This document shows, piece after piece, positions 22,442 through 35,962 of a stretch of DNA of 64,000 bases. Below the pieces are notes generated by a model. That model saw nothing but the letters and a program-made list of their open reading frames with translations, did not search any database and was not told where the DNA came from. Positions within the stretch are counted from its first letter, which is position 1; every line of letters begins with the position of its first letter. Both the position numbers and the translations under genes were made by a program. This stretch comes from Phoronis australis (taxonomy: Eukaryota > Animalia > Phoronida), in the NCBI GenBank assembly GCA_002633005.1, contig NMRA01000154.1, positions 182,216 through 246,215 on the forward strand, written 5' to 3'.

Positions 22442-24413
22442 TTAATTTAATTCTATCTTGCACTTGATTTTAATGATTTTTTACTATTTATTTAAAATTG
22501 CCCAGTTGTTGATACTTGTTACCAAACTTAAATATCTGTAGAGTTAAGACCTTTGTTAGGTTTACTCAGTGAAGAGTGTTGGTCTGTTGAAATTGTAACG
22601 ATAGAAATTTATGTGTTCTGGTCATGTGCAGGATTACAGGAAGATGTTGATAGTCTGGGTGTCCTAGCAACTATAGGGGTCACTGTACGGAAATAAGTTT
22701 TTAACTAAATGCAAGTTCTCGTATGTACTCATTTACCGGAAAAGGCACCATTAAATGGAATATCTGCCTAATCGCCAGCTGAACTTGAAGTTATCAACCA
22801 CATATAGTCAGCTACTGAAATTTGTTTTGGATTTCCCCCAAACTGTGATAGAAAACTAGGTCATTAACAGTGACGTGGTTGGTCAGGCCCTCAGCGACTG
22901 CATAGACGTATCTGGATTTGACTGTTCGGGACGCATATGGCGTAGCTTTGGCTCAAGTTACGGTAGAAGAATATCGCCTCCGGTCGCCACCAGTTTGACT
23001 TGCATTTGTCGCCACCAGGTACATCCCCAGCGCTCCTCCAGTCGCAACCAATTTCATCTCTTCTTGTCGGCCAATATCTTTTTCGTAGTTTTCCTTTGGA
23101 TCACATGAAGTTTCCTTAATTTTTACCCGAAGTTGAGGTTAATTGACCACCCCGACCCCTTCCCCTGCCTAATACGGCTATGAATGACTGCGCTGCTTCA
23201 TGTCAATGACAGGTAATTTATCAACTCGCTTGGATGGTCAAGACCAACTGTTATTTTGGCGAGGATTTTTTACCAGTTTGCTTCAGAAAAACCGCTTTTT
23301 TCTGTGGGTTGACTCTGAAAAGGGGGAGTTTACTAACTGTTGATGCCTCGCTCTTAAAGCTGCCGATGTCAACCCGATGAGTTTGTGACAGAAAAATGGT
23401 ATTGGACGAAAATCGTGCGATTATCGGGACCGCCGGATGAGAGTCGGCGTCAGTCGCTTACTGTAATCCGATGAAAAAAATCCCCCGATCACGCTGGGCA
23501 TCGAGATAGAACTAAATCCGAAATAATCGTCCGAGCGTCAGTAGCCCGATACCCGTAAATCACCTTGGCATGTAAAACGTATCAAAAATACCGAATTTGT
23601 CTCAAAACGTAGAATTGATAATTTTTAATATTACAGTCCCAAAGACCGAAGTGGGGCAATTTTACAACAGAGCAATTTAATTTGCACAAAACAAATAAGC
23701 TCTGGCGAAAATTGGGCTTCTCGAAACAGTTCTGAACTTGAGCAAGGCACAGAATTCGAAGCGTACGCGGCACTGAATCAAAAGAAAAATTAGGAGATAA
23801 TGAATCCTCGTGTCGATGAAGCAGACGACTAGTCGTGTTGAGAGTAAAAAACGACAAAGATCGATAATTCATTCTTTAAGATAATTAGCGACTCTCACTG
23901 GTTCTCTGACATTTAATTAGATTTAAAAAATTTACTTAATTCTATTAATCCGTGCGAGTGCGATGCTGGACCGCACCGGGGGAGTAATAATCGCTGGTAC
24001 AGTTGGTAATATTTTTCTTTTAAAAGGACCGATTCCCTAAGGATTCGTCGCACAGATTGGGACAAAAGAGCCTTTTTCTGATTATTTCATTTGTTTAGGT
24101 CCAAAGAGTGCTGATTAGCATTTCTTTTTCTTGCTTCTCTGTGGAAAATGTGCTCTCTTCAAGTCTCGATGGTGTTGTTTCATAATTTTAAAACATGCCT
24201 TTGTACTTTAAAGTTGTACAGTGAACGTGGTTTGAAACAAAGCTGGACACTGCCGTTCCCAAAACACAAGTAATGTTAATTCACAAACGCTAATCTAAGT
24301 CTTAATTGGACTCTGATCTTTGTCCCGGTTCAAGGATATTTTTACGTTATCAAACTAACATATTCTACTCTACAACGTTTGTTCGTTGGTGGATGATAGT
24401 TTGCTTGAAAATA

Positions 24414-24659
24414 CATGGGCGCACAAAGCCTAAAATGGGGGGCTCGAATTTTTTAGAATGTGAACTTTTTACCAAAAAAAACGGGATACGTTCACAGCTA
24501 TGAATTGTGCATTCGTCGAATTCAGGTAATTCCTGCATTTTTAGTGGACTTTTGTCTCGTGTTCTACTTTTTTCGGATTTTTTTTTCTCTTAGGCGGACC
24601 TTTTCGCCCACTTCGTCAAATAGCTAGGGGGCTCGAACCCCTAACTGGGTGCCCGCATG
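24414..24659. mobile_element. small MITE-like element
   Basis: imperfect TIRs catgggcgcac / gtgcccgcatg with gggggctcgaa near both ends. Confidence 0.5.
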
Positions 24660-25677
24660 AAATAACGGCATTGTTTACTTAGTTTTGAAGTACCAAGAAA
24701 CATTAAAACAAACTGATGGATTTCGATTTCGATGACGAATGTCACGAGTTTCGTAACGCCCAGTTTTCACCTTTCGTGGCGCTATTCCCGCGTTGTTCTC
24801 GCGTGAATGTCACTTCAACGTGACCGTACAATGAGGGCTAGCCTCCACTGTTCGCCATCAGCCGTGTTCCTGTACCAGGAAATAACCCTGTTCCGGATTT
24901 GACAACTGTTTGAATTTAGTGCCTCATTTCATACCTGGTCTAACTTCACGGATGAGTGTTTTTTGTAATTAATTTTTGGTCTCCAGAGCAAGAAATCGAA
25001 GCCAGTGTTTCTGTGCTGTGATGCTTTTGTTTTATTGTTAAATATGTCTACTTTTTGGTTGAAGCATTAATTTAAAAAGCGGCGGTCACGTTCATGAAGC
25101 TTGTATATCGTATATACAAAAGTCAACCAGCATTGCCAGTGAATGCAACGCGACAACCAGTTGATACGATTAAAGTCGAGGCCTGCAATACGCTTACTCT
25201 AATTCAATATGAACAGCATAGCCAAGTTGAGGCCACAGGTGTAGCCAACATGTACAATGTTCTGTAGAGTGTAACTGTGTCTATATAAGTGTTGTGCCTG
25301 TAGTTCATGAATCAACGATGACATAAATATGGAAATAATTTGATGAAGGATAAGTAGTATAGCAATTAAAACCATTTCTACACCTACGTGGCACTCAACA
25401 GTTTTTGCTGGTTTGGTGCTTGGAAAACCAGGTCTTGCCAGCTCCAATAGTGTGTATATATACACAGGGTGTACAAAACATATGAACAGTATTCTGGGCC
25501 AAAGATTTCGAAAACACATGCAACGTCTACTGAAATTGACTGCAACATTTTTTCATCTTTTACAACGATTTAAATAACGAAACAAAATGCACCAAAATCA
25601 GCAGTTTTCACCCCAAAGCCATCATTTGTATGTCATTATTAGGAACTGAGCCAGTGCATTCAAACTGCCAAACTCCA

Positions 25678-25890
25678 GGGCCCATTTCATGAAATTGGCT
25701 AAAGTCTTAATACAGAAATTTGGTCTTACGCGCCCGCACTTCACAATTGCTGAAAAAGGTTTAGCCAAGTAATTACTAAGGCGCGCACCACAGTTTAGAA
25801 ATATTTAATAGAAATTTTCCCAGTAACTGACGGTTATACGTACATTCTCAGAGTCTTTGTATTTTTTCTTTAATGTGTGATTAACTATCC
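25678..25890 (+). mobile_element. non-autonomous DNA element fragment (gggcccatttcatgaaa terminus family)
   Basis: homologous to 41515-41690; similar termini at about 2457 and 48985. Confidence 0.6.
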
Positions 25891-27647
25891 AGTGACATTG
25901 TAGATTTGTCAGACGCCATTAGCAGTTTAGGCTTGTAGTTACCTTTTCCTGAAACCATCGACATCTGTTCATCTAGTCTTCTTCCGAGTTCAGATGTGCA
26001 TGCCTGGTAATTCGACCAAAACGGTGCGCGTGAGTAGAAACTTTTAGTTTACCGGTAAACGTTTTTCAGCAAGAATTTTTTTATGTCAATGAAGAGTAGA
26101 GTTATGAGAAAGCTAGGAATTACGTACGTTCTTGATTAAAGTTGCATATCGTACTATTTAGCTGGCTCAGAAGGAAAATAAAATAGGGTCCAATTTTCGT
26201 TACTAAGACGAACGTCGAAACCATTAGCGATTAAAAAATTCGCTTTAGAGTTTCTGTGGTGATTGCGTTTAAGACATTTTTTTATTTCTAAGGAATAAAG
26301 TATAGTGAGTATTATCGTCTGCGTTTTGGCCTAAAAATACAGGTTTGAGCTGATCCAAAAGATGTTTTAGGCAGTTGAGGACTAACGGATCAAAACGCAG
26401 TCAACCCCGTACACAGAGAGCAGGGGTGTACTGAGCAGACGTGAGAATCTCGCAAAAGCTCTGGAGATAAGGCCAGAGTACGTAGTGACAACAATAACGA
26501 TACTTGGACTACTATAAGATACCTTGGGCCGCTCAGAATGTCGTTCACCGGAATGTGTTACATTGAAACAAGTTCGCAACGCCGAGCATTATTATAACCA
26601 ATGGTGAACGCAGATATCAGCGAGTGCATCATGTTTCCTACTTGTCGGCATACGACTCTTTAAGACAGTGTTTTAAAACGTTATGCTCACCCTGTAGATT
26701 TATATAAGATGACAGACAGAATGATATTATAAGTGGCAAGTCTACAGGGGCCGAGGGCGAGACTACACGCTGTTACTACCGTTTTACTACGACTTTTACT
26801 ACAGACTGAACTAATTATCATTAGGGTCGAGTGATGAGCGAGGATACAATCGCTTAGATATTGTCAGTTTTCATTACAGTAGGTTTCATTTACGACGGAT
26901 CGATCACTGTGCTCTCATCCGTCCCATAGGAGTCGAATTTATTTTGAATCGGCGCTCGTTTTTGTTCCCTTCTGTGCATGAATAAAATTACGACTTCTAT
27001 GCACGTATATTCCTACCGTTAAACAATGAAATGTTCATTTGTAAAGGAACTCGCAACTAAGCATTAAACAGGCCCGCAACAAAGAAAGTTGACATTGAGA
27101 CTTTCAAAACAAAAACACTGAATGATGTAAATAAAATAACAATAATAGTTATTTTGATGGCACAAACCATGAACATACTAATAACGTTATTTTGAGGTGA
27201 TGACAAAAGTTAGCCATATCTCAACTATACTAGCTTTGACGATAAAACAAGATGAGGAGTTGATTGTAGTTTAGTCTGCCACAAGGGGAACATCACGTGG
27301 ACCAAAAGTCGTCTGCTTTGTGATGAATGAGCACCCACAACAGATTTTAGGGATGATGTCGAAATAGAAAGATTAGAAGAATTTAGGTTTTAAGCTTGAA
27401 AATTCATAAAGAGATTCAAACATTACACAGTGAGAACTGATGGGGTTACCCTCATTGTAAATATTACAATAATAAATAAATAAATAATAAATAAAAATTG
27501 ACCTGCCTAGGGTCTTGTCAAGTGTAGACGAGCATATATGCTTGTCTCATCTACTTCTTCAAATGAGCATGTTGAGATAAGTTGGATGTTGGCCAGGATC
27601 AAAGTAATTGACATGGTGGACTTTCACTGCAGTAAGGGGGTTGTAAA

Positions 27648-27786
27648 CAGGGGCGGATCCAGGATTTTGAGTTGGGGGGCAAGGTAGAGTATTAGTCAGG
27701 ATTTTGCCCGTCAAACATTCGCACCTCCGAGAGAATTTTAGGGGGCAGGGCATGCCCCCCTTGTCCCCCCATTATGTCCGCCACTG
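27648..27786. mobile_element. small MITE (CAGGGGCGGA / TCCGCCACTG TIRs)
   Basis: caggggcggatccagga...gggcatgccccc...tccgccactg. Confidence 0.7.
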
Positions 27787-30700
27787 GTACACATCAGAGC
27801 TTGCAATTCTCCGGAAATTAATAAAACCAACACGTTATGCTGGCAAAATCAGAACATTTCTTTGACAATTGGATTTGAAATAAGTGAACGCGTGCGAATT
27901 CACTTTTCCTAAGACCACTAAATAAGACATAGGACAAGATTGCTTATTTATATAATCTGGTCCGACTTGCCACAAGTTATTCGTTAGGAATTTTAATTTC
28001 TTCGAATTTATACTAATTTGATCTGAATTATAATACTTCAGCAGTCAAACTCACTTACACACTAATGCCCCGCTTGAAGCTCGTGCCACGTGACTCAACC
28101 GTTCTTAACAATTAGTGTAATTAACGTGGACGCCCAACCCGTTAATTTCCCAGAGTACCTCAAAATTCACCCATACATGTACTTTTTACTGGACGATTGT
28201 GAATACCATTCGTTTATGACGTTTGAAACAACAGCATCTCCAGCAGTTCGGGGCCACTCAATAAATTGAAAACTTAATTGTAAAATAAGGCGCGTGCAAG
28301 GAATATTTTTTCCAACTTCAAACTAATGTTTGTGACTAACACGCCAGCCCTTGCTTACTTATCAGACGATTAGCGCACAACCTTACACTGGTCGGAGATA
28401 AAAAGCACAACATGCGTGATATGTCCGTAGCCAATGTGTCTAAGCACAGAGCGGGTATTGAAACGAGCTCTGGTCATCACGGTATAGCATTCAAATTCAT
28501 ATGCGATAAAAAGTAACATGTCGCTAATCCAATTTCCTAGGATTGATGACTGCAATGAAAAAATGATCGAAACAAACGTGCTGTTGCACCGACAGTTTGC
28601 CACGGCCTTTATCAAGATTCAATTGAGTTGATAAATACCAGAAAAATGTCTAAATGGAGAGATACGTAGTCGAATTACAATATATAGGCAGTATAGGCGC
28701 GGTGCCCAAACTATGCTCGCGAACTGTCACTGTAGTGAGTGGTAGACTCGCTGAGGAAAAATAGTTATATTACTAGGAGTCCACGCCGTTCAGTACTCTA
28801 ACAAGACATTTCGTTTAACTAATGTCATTCTACAGTTATAAAATGGTGTCTTTCTTTGTATTTTTAAAGACTTCAAAAAATGTGATAGGTCTGAAACTGA
28901 GGTCAGTGAAACAACAGAATGACCCAGTTGTTTTATGGCATGATTAATGGTTGCTACGAACTGCACTTAAATTCATTAGAAAACATTTGAGGAGTAACTT
29001 AACCAAAACAATGCGAAGAAATATTATTTAGATAAATCAAAAAACGTTCAAAAAACGCATGCAGATGAGTCGTGAAAAAATCACACATTTTTCAACGATT
29101 TCATATCAGTGGTCACTAGAAATTGTTCACTTGAAATCTTGACCATTGACTGAGGCTCTTCGACATATCTGGTAATATGCCTTGAATTGCAAAATTGCCA
29201 GGCAATTCACGATTGCTAAAAGCAGGTTTTATTTAAACAGTCGGCACTTAAAAATTATTCTCGCCTGTTGTGAAAAAGACCAACTCCAGAAATAAACCTG
29301 TTTTTAGATTTTATTATAGTCGGGAAACCAATAGACATCATCGTCGTGTCCAACAGAATTTTTAATAGTTCGCAATTTATCGAGAAGTTGCAAACGAGGA
29401 TCATATTCGTTACATTTTATTTGCGCCAAAATGTGTTTTCTTTAAGAATGCCTTCACACCGTCATTGAGCCACCGCCGTCAGTCGATTCCTTCCTTTCGT
29501 ATTGTTTTTCACATTGTTAGCCAAGAAACCAAACAATTATGTCATGTTCCAATTGGCTTACTTCAATATTCATTAACTATGTTCTCCAACCTCACATTTT
29601 GAGTTGGTAAACTGATGGCGCCCTGTCTTTAAATAACCCACCATCAACGTACGATAGTTGAAACATATTTGATTGACTTTATGATATAAGTGACCTCGAT
29701 ATATTCTATAAAGGGGTTAGTCTTTAATTTACCTATTTTCGCTTGCATAGTATCGGAAATTAAAGGCAAAGACACTTTACGAGTGAATTGACATTTGCTT
29801 ACGAACTGGTTATGTTACGCAAATTGATCGCGCTTAGAATGCAATTTTCCGTGTCATCACAATTATCCGGAAATTCCACATTTTCCATTAGAGATTTTCA
29901 TATCCTACGTTGAGCAACTGAAAAATTTCTTGTAGAAATCTACTATTGGTTTTACTATGATTCCACGCGTGAGCGCATTCGACGTTGTGCTATCAAGCGT
30001 TGGATGCTAAAACAGGCTGATTGCGCCCCGTGCCGCGATAGTGTAGTGCTACGCTCGAGGGGGAATTCCTGGTGTATCTTTGCCTTGAAGCTATTTTACG
30101 CAGCCAATACACCACCGTCGAAGTTTTTTCAGTCCAGTGAGCGTGAAGTCAAGAACATGATATTGTATTTAGTTCGCAAATTTGGTTTTCGATTTTTACA
30201 TGAATGAGTGGAGTTCTGTGCCAGAAGGGCACATCGCAGTCCATAGGCAATGTTTGTGTTGGTCCAATGAAACCTAGTACACTTACTGTGCACTCGAAAT
30301 GACAGTCCTGAGATGTACGTAAGATATCTTTTGACGAAATCTGGAAACTATTTATGGAATTAATACTTCCAGAGCTATAAAAGATTATTGAGTATAACTT
30401 TTTAATGATTTTGGCTTAACATTGGCGTGAACAGGAATTATGAATTTTAGCTGAGTTATGAATATCAAAAGGTTGAAACTAAGCCTATGCAGCTGGGGTT
30501 GATTTCAAAGGATGTTATGTGCGTCCAAAACGTTCAATAATAAATTCCTTTCCTAGTTCAATATTTTAGTAGATGACACGATATTTGCAGTTGAGCCATT
30601 CATAATCCGCTGACAATTACGATTAATATTTTCTAGCTGCTGCAGCCTCGTTTTAGTGTCATCATTAACGTACTCGTCATCTGTATGATTTAAACAACTA

Positions 30701-33700
30701 TTTTAAGAATTCCGAAGGAGTGATAAAATGATTTTTTAAAATATTTGAATTTTACATTAGATGCTAACAATTAGAGCTGAGCGAGAGACTATATTGTTCT
30801 ATCAAAATGATATGACACCAATAACAAGTAAGGAATAAATATAACATTTGCGATTAAGGAAATTGTAAATGAATTTAATTGAAAGTGTAAATGGAATTGT
30901 TATTAATTCAACTTGTGATATTTCAAATTATTGCTATTATTATTGTTACCAAAATTATGTTAATTGCGACTAGGGCTTGAATACTATTTCCAATTCGTTT
31001 AGTAAATATTCTAGCAAAAATGCAAACTAAGTTAGTCCTAAAATATATTCTGTCAAAACGACGCCAATCATCTAAAAACCGATTTTAATGAATAAAAGTA
31101 AACTTTGATTTTCGAATTTCTGGTAGTGGACTCTGATAATGGCTGCTACCGTTGAAAGACATCCCAGAACACGTTTTATTATTGATCACAAACACATTGC
31201 GAGCTGTTACTTGCCAAATATTCTTCTCGCTCACCGTACTAGAAGTAATCAACAGGGGGAGGGGCAAACGGGAAATTGTTGGAGTCTGGGGGGCGGGGGG
31301 TGCTGACATGAAATTAATGGCAATGAACAGGGGCCCAAGTGACTCCTGTTTGTGCAGATGCGGGTACATCTCCATTGGTGCAGCTAATTCTGTATTCTAC
31401 ATTCATGTAAGTAAGGAGTACACGCCTTCAAGAACATTAAGACTGTCGAGAATCCAATTTTGTACGTATTCTCGATAAAAAATTGAAATTAAATTAAATT
31501 GCATTACTTGAACCTTTCAAACGTTGTCATTGTTATTGAAGTTTATTCATACAAGTAACAACACTTAAAGGTAAATGAATAATAAAACGTAATTAGCGCG
31601 CTCTACAAATTATCAAAGAAATAAATTGGTTCTCAGGATGTTTCACTATATTCTTCCATTTTCTCGTGCAGTTAGAAGGCAAGGAATTTTACGGAGTCAA
31701 ACTGTGTGGTTAGACACAGAATTATGACGCGGAGTTCGCATCTGCGCACTGAAACTGTATATTATGAACAGTTATGTTGCCTGTCTAAGCATGATGTATG
31801 TGTATATCAACGTCGATTCCCAATGCGTTCTCGGCGTCGTCTTATTATCCGAAAAAATAAACTTTAAATTTAATTTTAATTAAATGGAAAATATACACAA
31901 ATTTTCCTGAAGTTTTGACGCGGAAGTATTATGATCATCATTTTCGGCACAAACAATTCATGAAACGTAGCTTTAATGTAGATAAGTAATGTTTTAGTTA
32001 CTCTACTAAAGCTAGAATATTTGAACATGCACACTGCTATACGGGAATGCAGGTAAAGTTTGCGTTAGGCGAGTCATGCGGGAAAAGCGATAGACTATAA
32101 CCCAAGACACGATTTTGAGAGAAACCAGTGTTAATATTACTCGAAGATTTTAAAAGTGACCTCTTTGGACGAGGGATAAACCTTGTGGAAGATATGAAAC
32201 GCGTAGTTTACGTATTGGCTAGCAATTTCAGTTACTGAAACTATGTGCACATTTTGTGCCTTGTTTGTAAAATCTGCAACCGATTCCGTTGTGAAAATGT
32301 TGGCGTGTTATAGGCTGCAACATACAGAACTCACGTACATTGAATTATTCTTCAAACAAGATTATGCGTCACATGAATCTGTCCTGTACGAGAAAGATCA
32401 TACGACGGCTACATCTTTGACTCTAGATAAAAGTCTGACGTTGTTTTCTTTATGAAGCAGAAAGCGAGTGACTTCATGAGGCCCACTTTGAAAACATGCT
32501 CCAAAAATAACCGCATTCGTTGATAGTTGGTGGTCTATTGAACTCCCAGCATGACTTGCGCTGGAAGCAAACGACTGGTTTAGAACAAGAGGTCGTGCCG
32601 CGGAAGTTGTACGATAAACAAAGTGTACACACTCTATCGTTTGTTTTGCGTGCCCAGCGACAGTCATTGAAGACATCGCCCAATTAATTACTAAATTAAT
32701 GTAAATCAAAGGGAAGATTATTTTCTAAGAGATTACATCGTAACGATCGTGTTTTATCAGATGCACTGCCACTACAGCACATTTCGAAATGGCATGCTCT
32801 CCAAGTAGACTTATTTCAAAACAATAGATAACTGTAGTAAAAGACCAAATCATCCGAACTGAACGTTTCCAGTTAGCGGTTATTACTTAGGAAACTCAGA
32901 CAACCTTTACATTGTGTTTCGATCTTCCAGCGCATAACTCAAAGCATGATATTACAAGCATATCTGCTTTAGAGGAATTCTTATCAACGATAAATTTGAT
33001 CCTCTCATAACACGACAAGACATATTTCATTTAAGTTGTCAGAATTAAATTCCCAGAACTGACTTCCCAGAGGTGAATACATAAAACGGCAAATACAAAT
33101 ACCAGAGGAGAGGGTTTCATTTTTGCAGTAGGAAAATGATATTTCAACAACAATTTGCATTACAAGGTTTACCCTTTTATAATTGATTAGCATGCAAAGA
33201 AGTGAGCCAACTCGCCGGCCTTGGAATCCAGATCCAAACTAATTTCATAACTCTAAGCCCATTAAACCCACCGTGAAAGATTTACTTGATATACAAAAAA
33301 GTTCATGGCCACAAATTCGACAATGAATGGCGAAAAACTCGAAAATTCCACGTCGCAGATTCAGCTGCTCCTCGGAAAGTCAAAAGCTATTTATCAAACT
33401 ATGCAACAGTGGAACTTGACATCAATGCTCACTGGCAAGCCAATTTCACCTTAAAATGGTGCCCTAAAGGTGGGCAGCATTGTGGGTAAATATCGCAGAA
33501 CCAAAGATGGCGCTCTGCGCGAATCCAGACTATCAGCATTAGAGACTGGAGTGTGTTTCGTGAAAAAATGACTATTTATAATAATAATAATAATTAAATC
33601 TCATATGAAAACAGTGAAAGTTATCTGAGAATATACACATAACTGCTAGTTACTGAGATAATTTTCATATTTCAGACTGTACTGCTCTCATAACCTGTAT

Positions 33701-35719
33701 TGGTTACTATAGGTGGATGGAGCGGCACCTCGTGTGGAGTTTAGGAACGCGAGTGTGGGGATTTGAAGGCCTGACCTCGAGTTTAGTACCCCATGCCGGT
33801 GGTTCGGGAGTTAAGTGGATCGCAGTTGGAATTCCCACCACTTGAGTTCTGTCAGTGTCGAAAGCTTTGTACCTGTTTTCATCCTTGTAAATTCTTGATA
33901 AACATCCGGAAATCGGTGCACAGTTGCAGTTAAGAGACTAAGTTGCAGTCAGTAAGACCACGGTTAGCAACGGAAAGAATATTTGTATAGAGATTTAAAT
34001 ATGTTCGTTCTTTTGTTTTCACCAATTTAGAACACAAAATGAGTTTCATCTACCAACAGTATTACATGTACTTAATAGGATTATGCCTCAAATTGCAAGA
34101 ACGATTTGTTAACTGCTCATCACTTCGTCGAGTTTTTTTCCAAACACAACAAAGCGCATCTTCTTATTTAGTATGTCAAGACAGAGACGTAGCACATTCC
34201 CCTTTGACCTTTGATGTAAGCTTACAATGGCGATTTCATGCCGCAATCAGTTCGACTTCTTTTAGCGCATGCGCAGTATTGGGATGACAGAATTTTTATT
34301 TCGTCTGTGTTTCAAAATATCGAGACGACGATTTTTTCTCGAAATTCATGCAATATTCAAGGTTTACGTTCGCATCCCAAAGAAGTAGATTCGACACTAT
34401 CTGTTTAAAAAGATATTTTTACGAGTTTTCACGTTTCCTCTTTAGGATGACCCTGATACGTGAAATTGTATAATAAATAATATGTAGATTAAGGTTTAGT
34501 TTGTTTAAACTACTTTACTCACAAAGCTTTAACGCCACCACCAAGTTGACAGTAAATGAGATTCATTTTGTTGTGCGTCACGAGCCGACATGTCGGACGA
34601 ATCGGTCATTTTGTATGAACATGTGCGGTAGGCCTGTGTGGATGAAACAACTACGTCATCGGAAGATTCCGACAATGGCCGGATAACGACGGAGAATACA
34701 AAAACCGATCGAGAGCGTTGACAGGGTTGGATTTCGACTGATCTGCTATGAAAGAACGCAACGTTATAGTCAATAACTACTAACCGACACCGTCTGTTGT
34801 CTTCTTGTCACGTGCAAAAATTTCCGCGCGTTTTACAACTTCGATAATTATTTTTTTCCAGAATTGAAGGTGCATGTCGCTTTTATTTGTTAAGCTGGCT
34901 AAGAAAACTAAAATCAAATTCGGCCTTTTACTCTCAGAAAATCTCTCATAATATTCCTCATCGTGGTAGGATTTTATTACCACTAGACTGAAGTCACAGG
35001 AAATGCGTTTTAGGGATGGCCGAACTTATTAAACACTGAAAGGTTTTCTTGAGTGGCTTACGTTTTCTCAATATTCTCGTTAGTAACGGGAATAGAATCT
35101 TACCTCGGTAAAGGATATTATGAGACCGATTTTATGAAGGTAAAAGGTACAATTCAATTCTCGTTTTAGGTCAGCAAAACAGGCACAAAGCAGCTTTAAA
35201 CAATGACAACAACAGAAACCTAACCTTTCTCAATAGTAAACTACAAGACAAGTATTTTATTTTCAAACACTTTTGTACTCGTTTTTGCGGGATTATATTA
35301 GGCGAGATTTCTAATGGGATTTATTACTCGTCGTTTTGGAGGCAGAAGACAGTTTAAAATGGGATCACAGTTGTACATATTTCCACATAGTTGGATATGA
35401 GAGTTCAGTTTTGAGGTGAAGGTTGGTGGTCACTATAACACCCAGCATGACTTGTGCCGGGAGCATTAGACTGGTGGCCAACAGGGGGTCACACAGCGCT
35501 GTAATTGTGATAAACAAAAAACGCGAATGCGATAACTCTGTGTAGGCGCGTTGTTACCCAGGGCGAAAATTACTAGCCATCTGATAGTATTGAGCTCTGA
35601 TTGAAGATGCGTTGCTACCAACTGTACTTATCAAGTCTTGTAAAAACTAACACGGTTTTCGAATATAAAAGTACGTAAGTGTTCAAGTTAAAAAATCACG
35701 GAAAACCCCCCAAAAACAT

Positions 35720-35962
35720 CACCACTAGTACTGCCACTACCACTACCACTGCCACTGCCACTNNNNNNNNNNNNNNNNNNNNNNNNNNNNNNNNNNNNNN
35801 NNNNNNNNNNNNNNNNNNNNNNNNNNNNNNNCCACTGCCACTGCCACTGCCACTGCCACTGCCACTGCCACTGCCACTGCCACTGCCACTGCCACTGCCA
35901 CTGCCACTGCCACTGCCACTGCCACTACTACCATTACTATTACCACCACCGCCACCGCCACC
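35720..35962. repeat. (CCACTG)n microsatellite spanning an assembly gap
   Basis: hexamer run flanking Ns at 35763-35831. Confidence 0.97.

Noticed and set aside
33710-33975. tRNA gene or tRNA-derived SINE
   Set aside because: No clear cloverleaf or intact A/B boxes; at most a decayed SINE.
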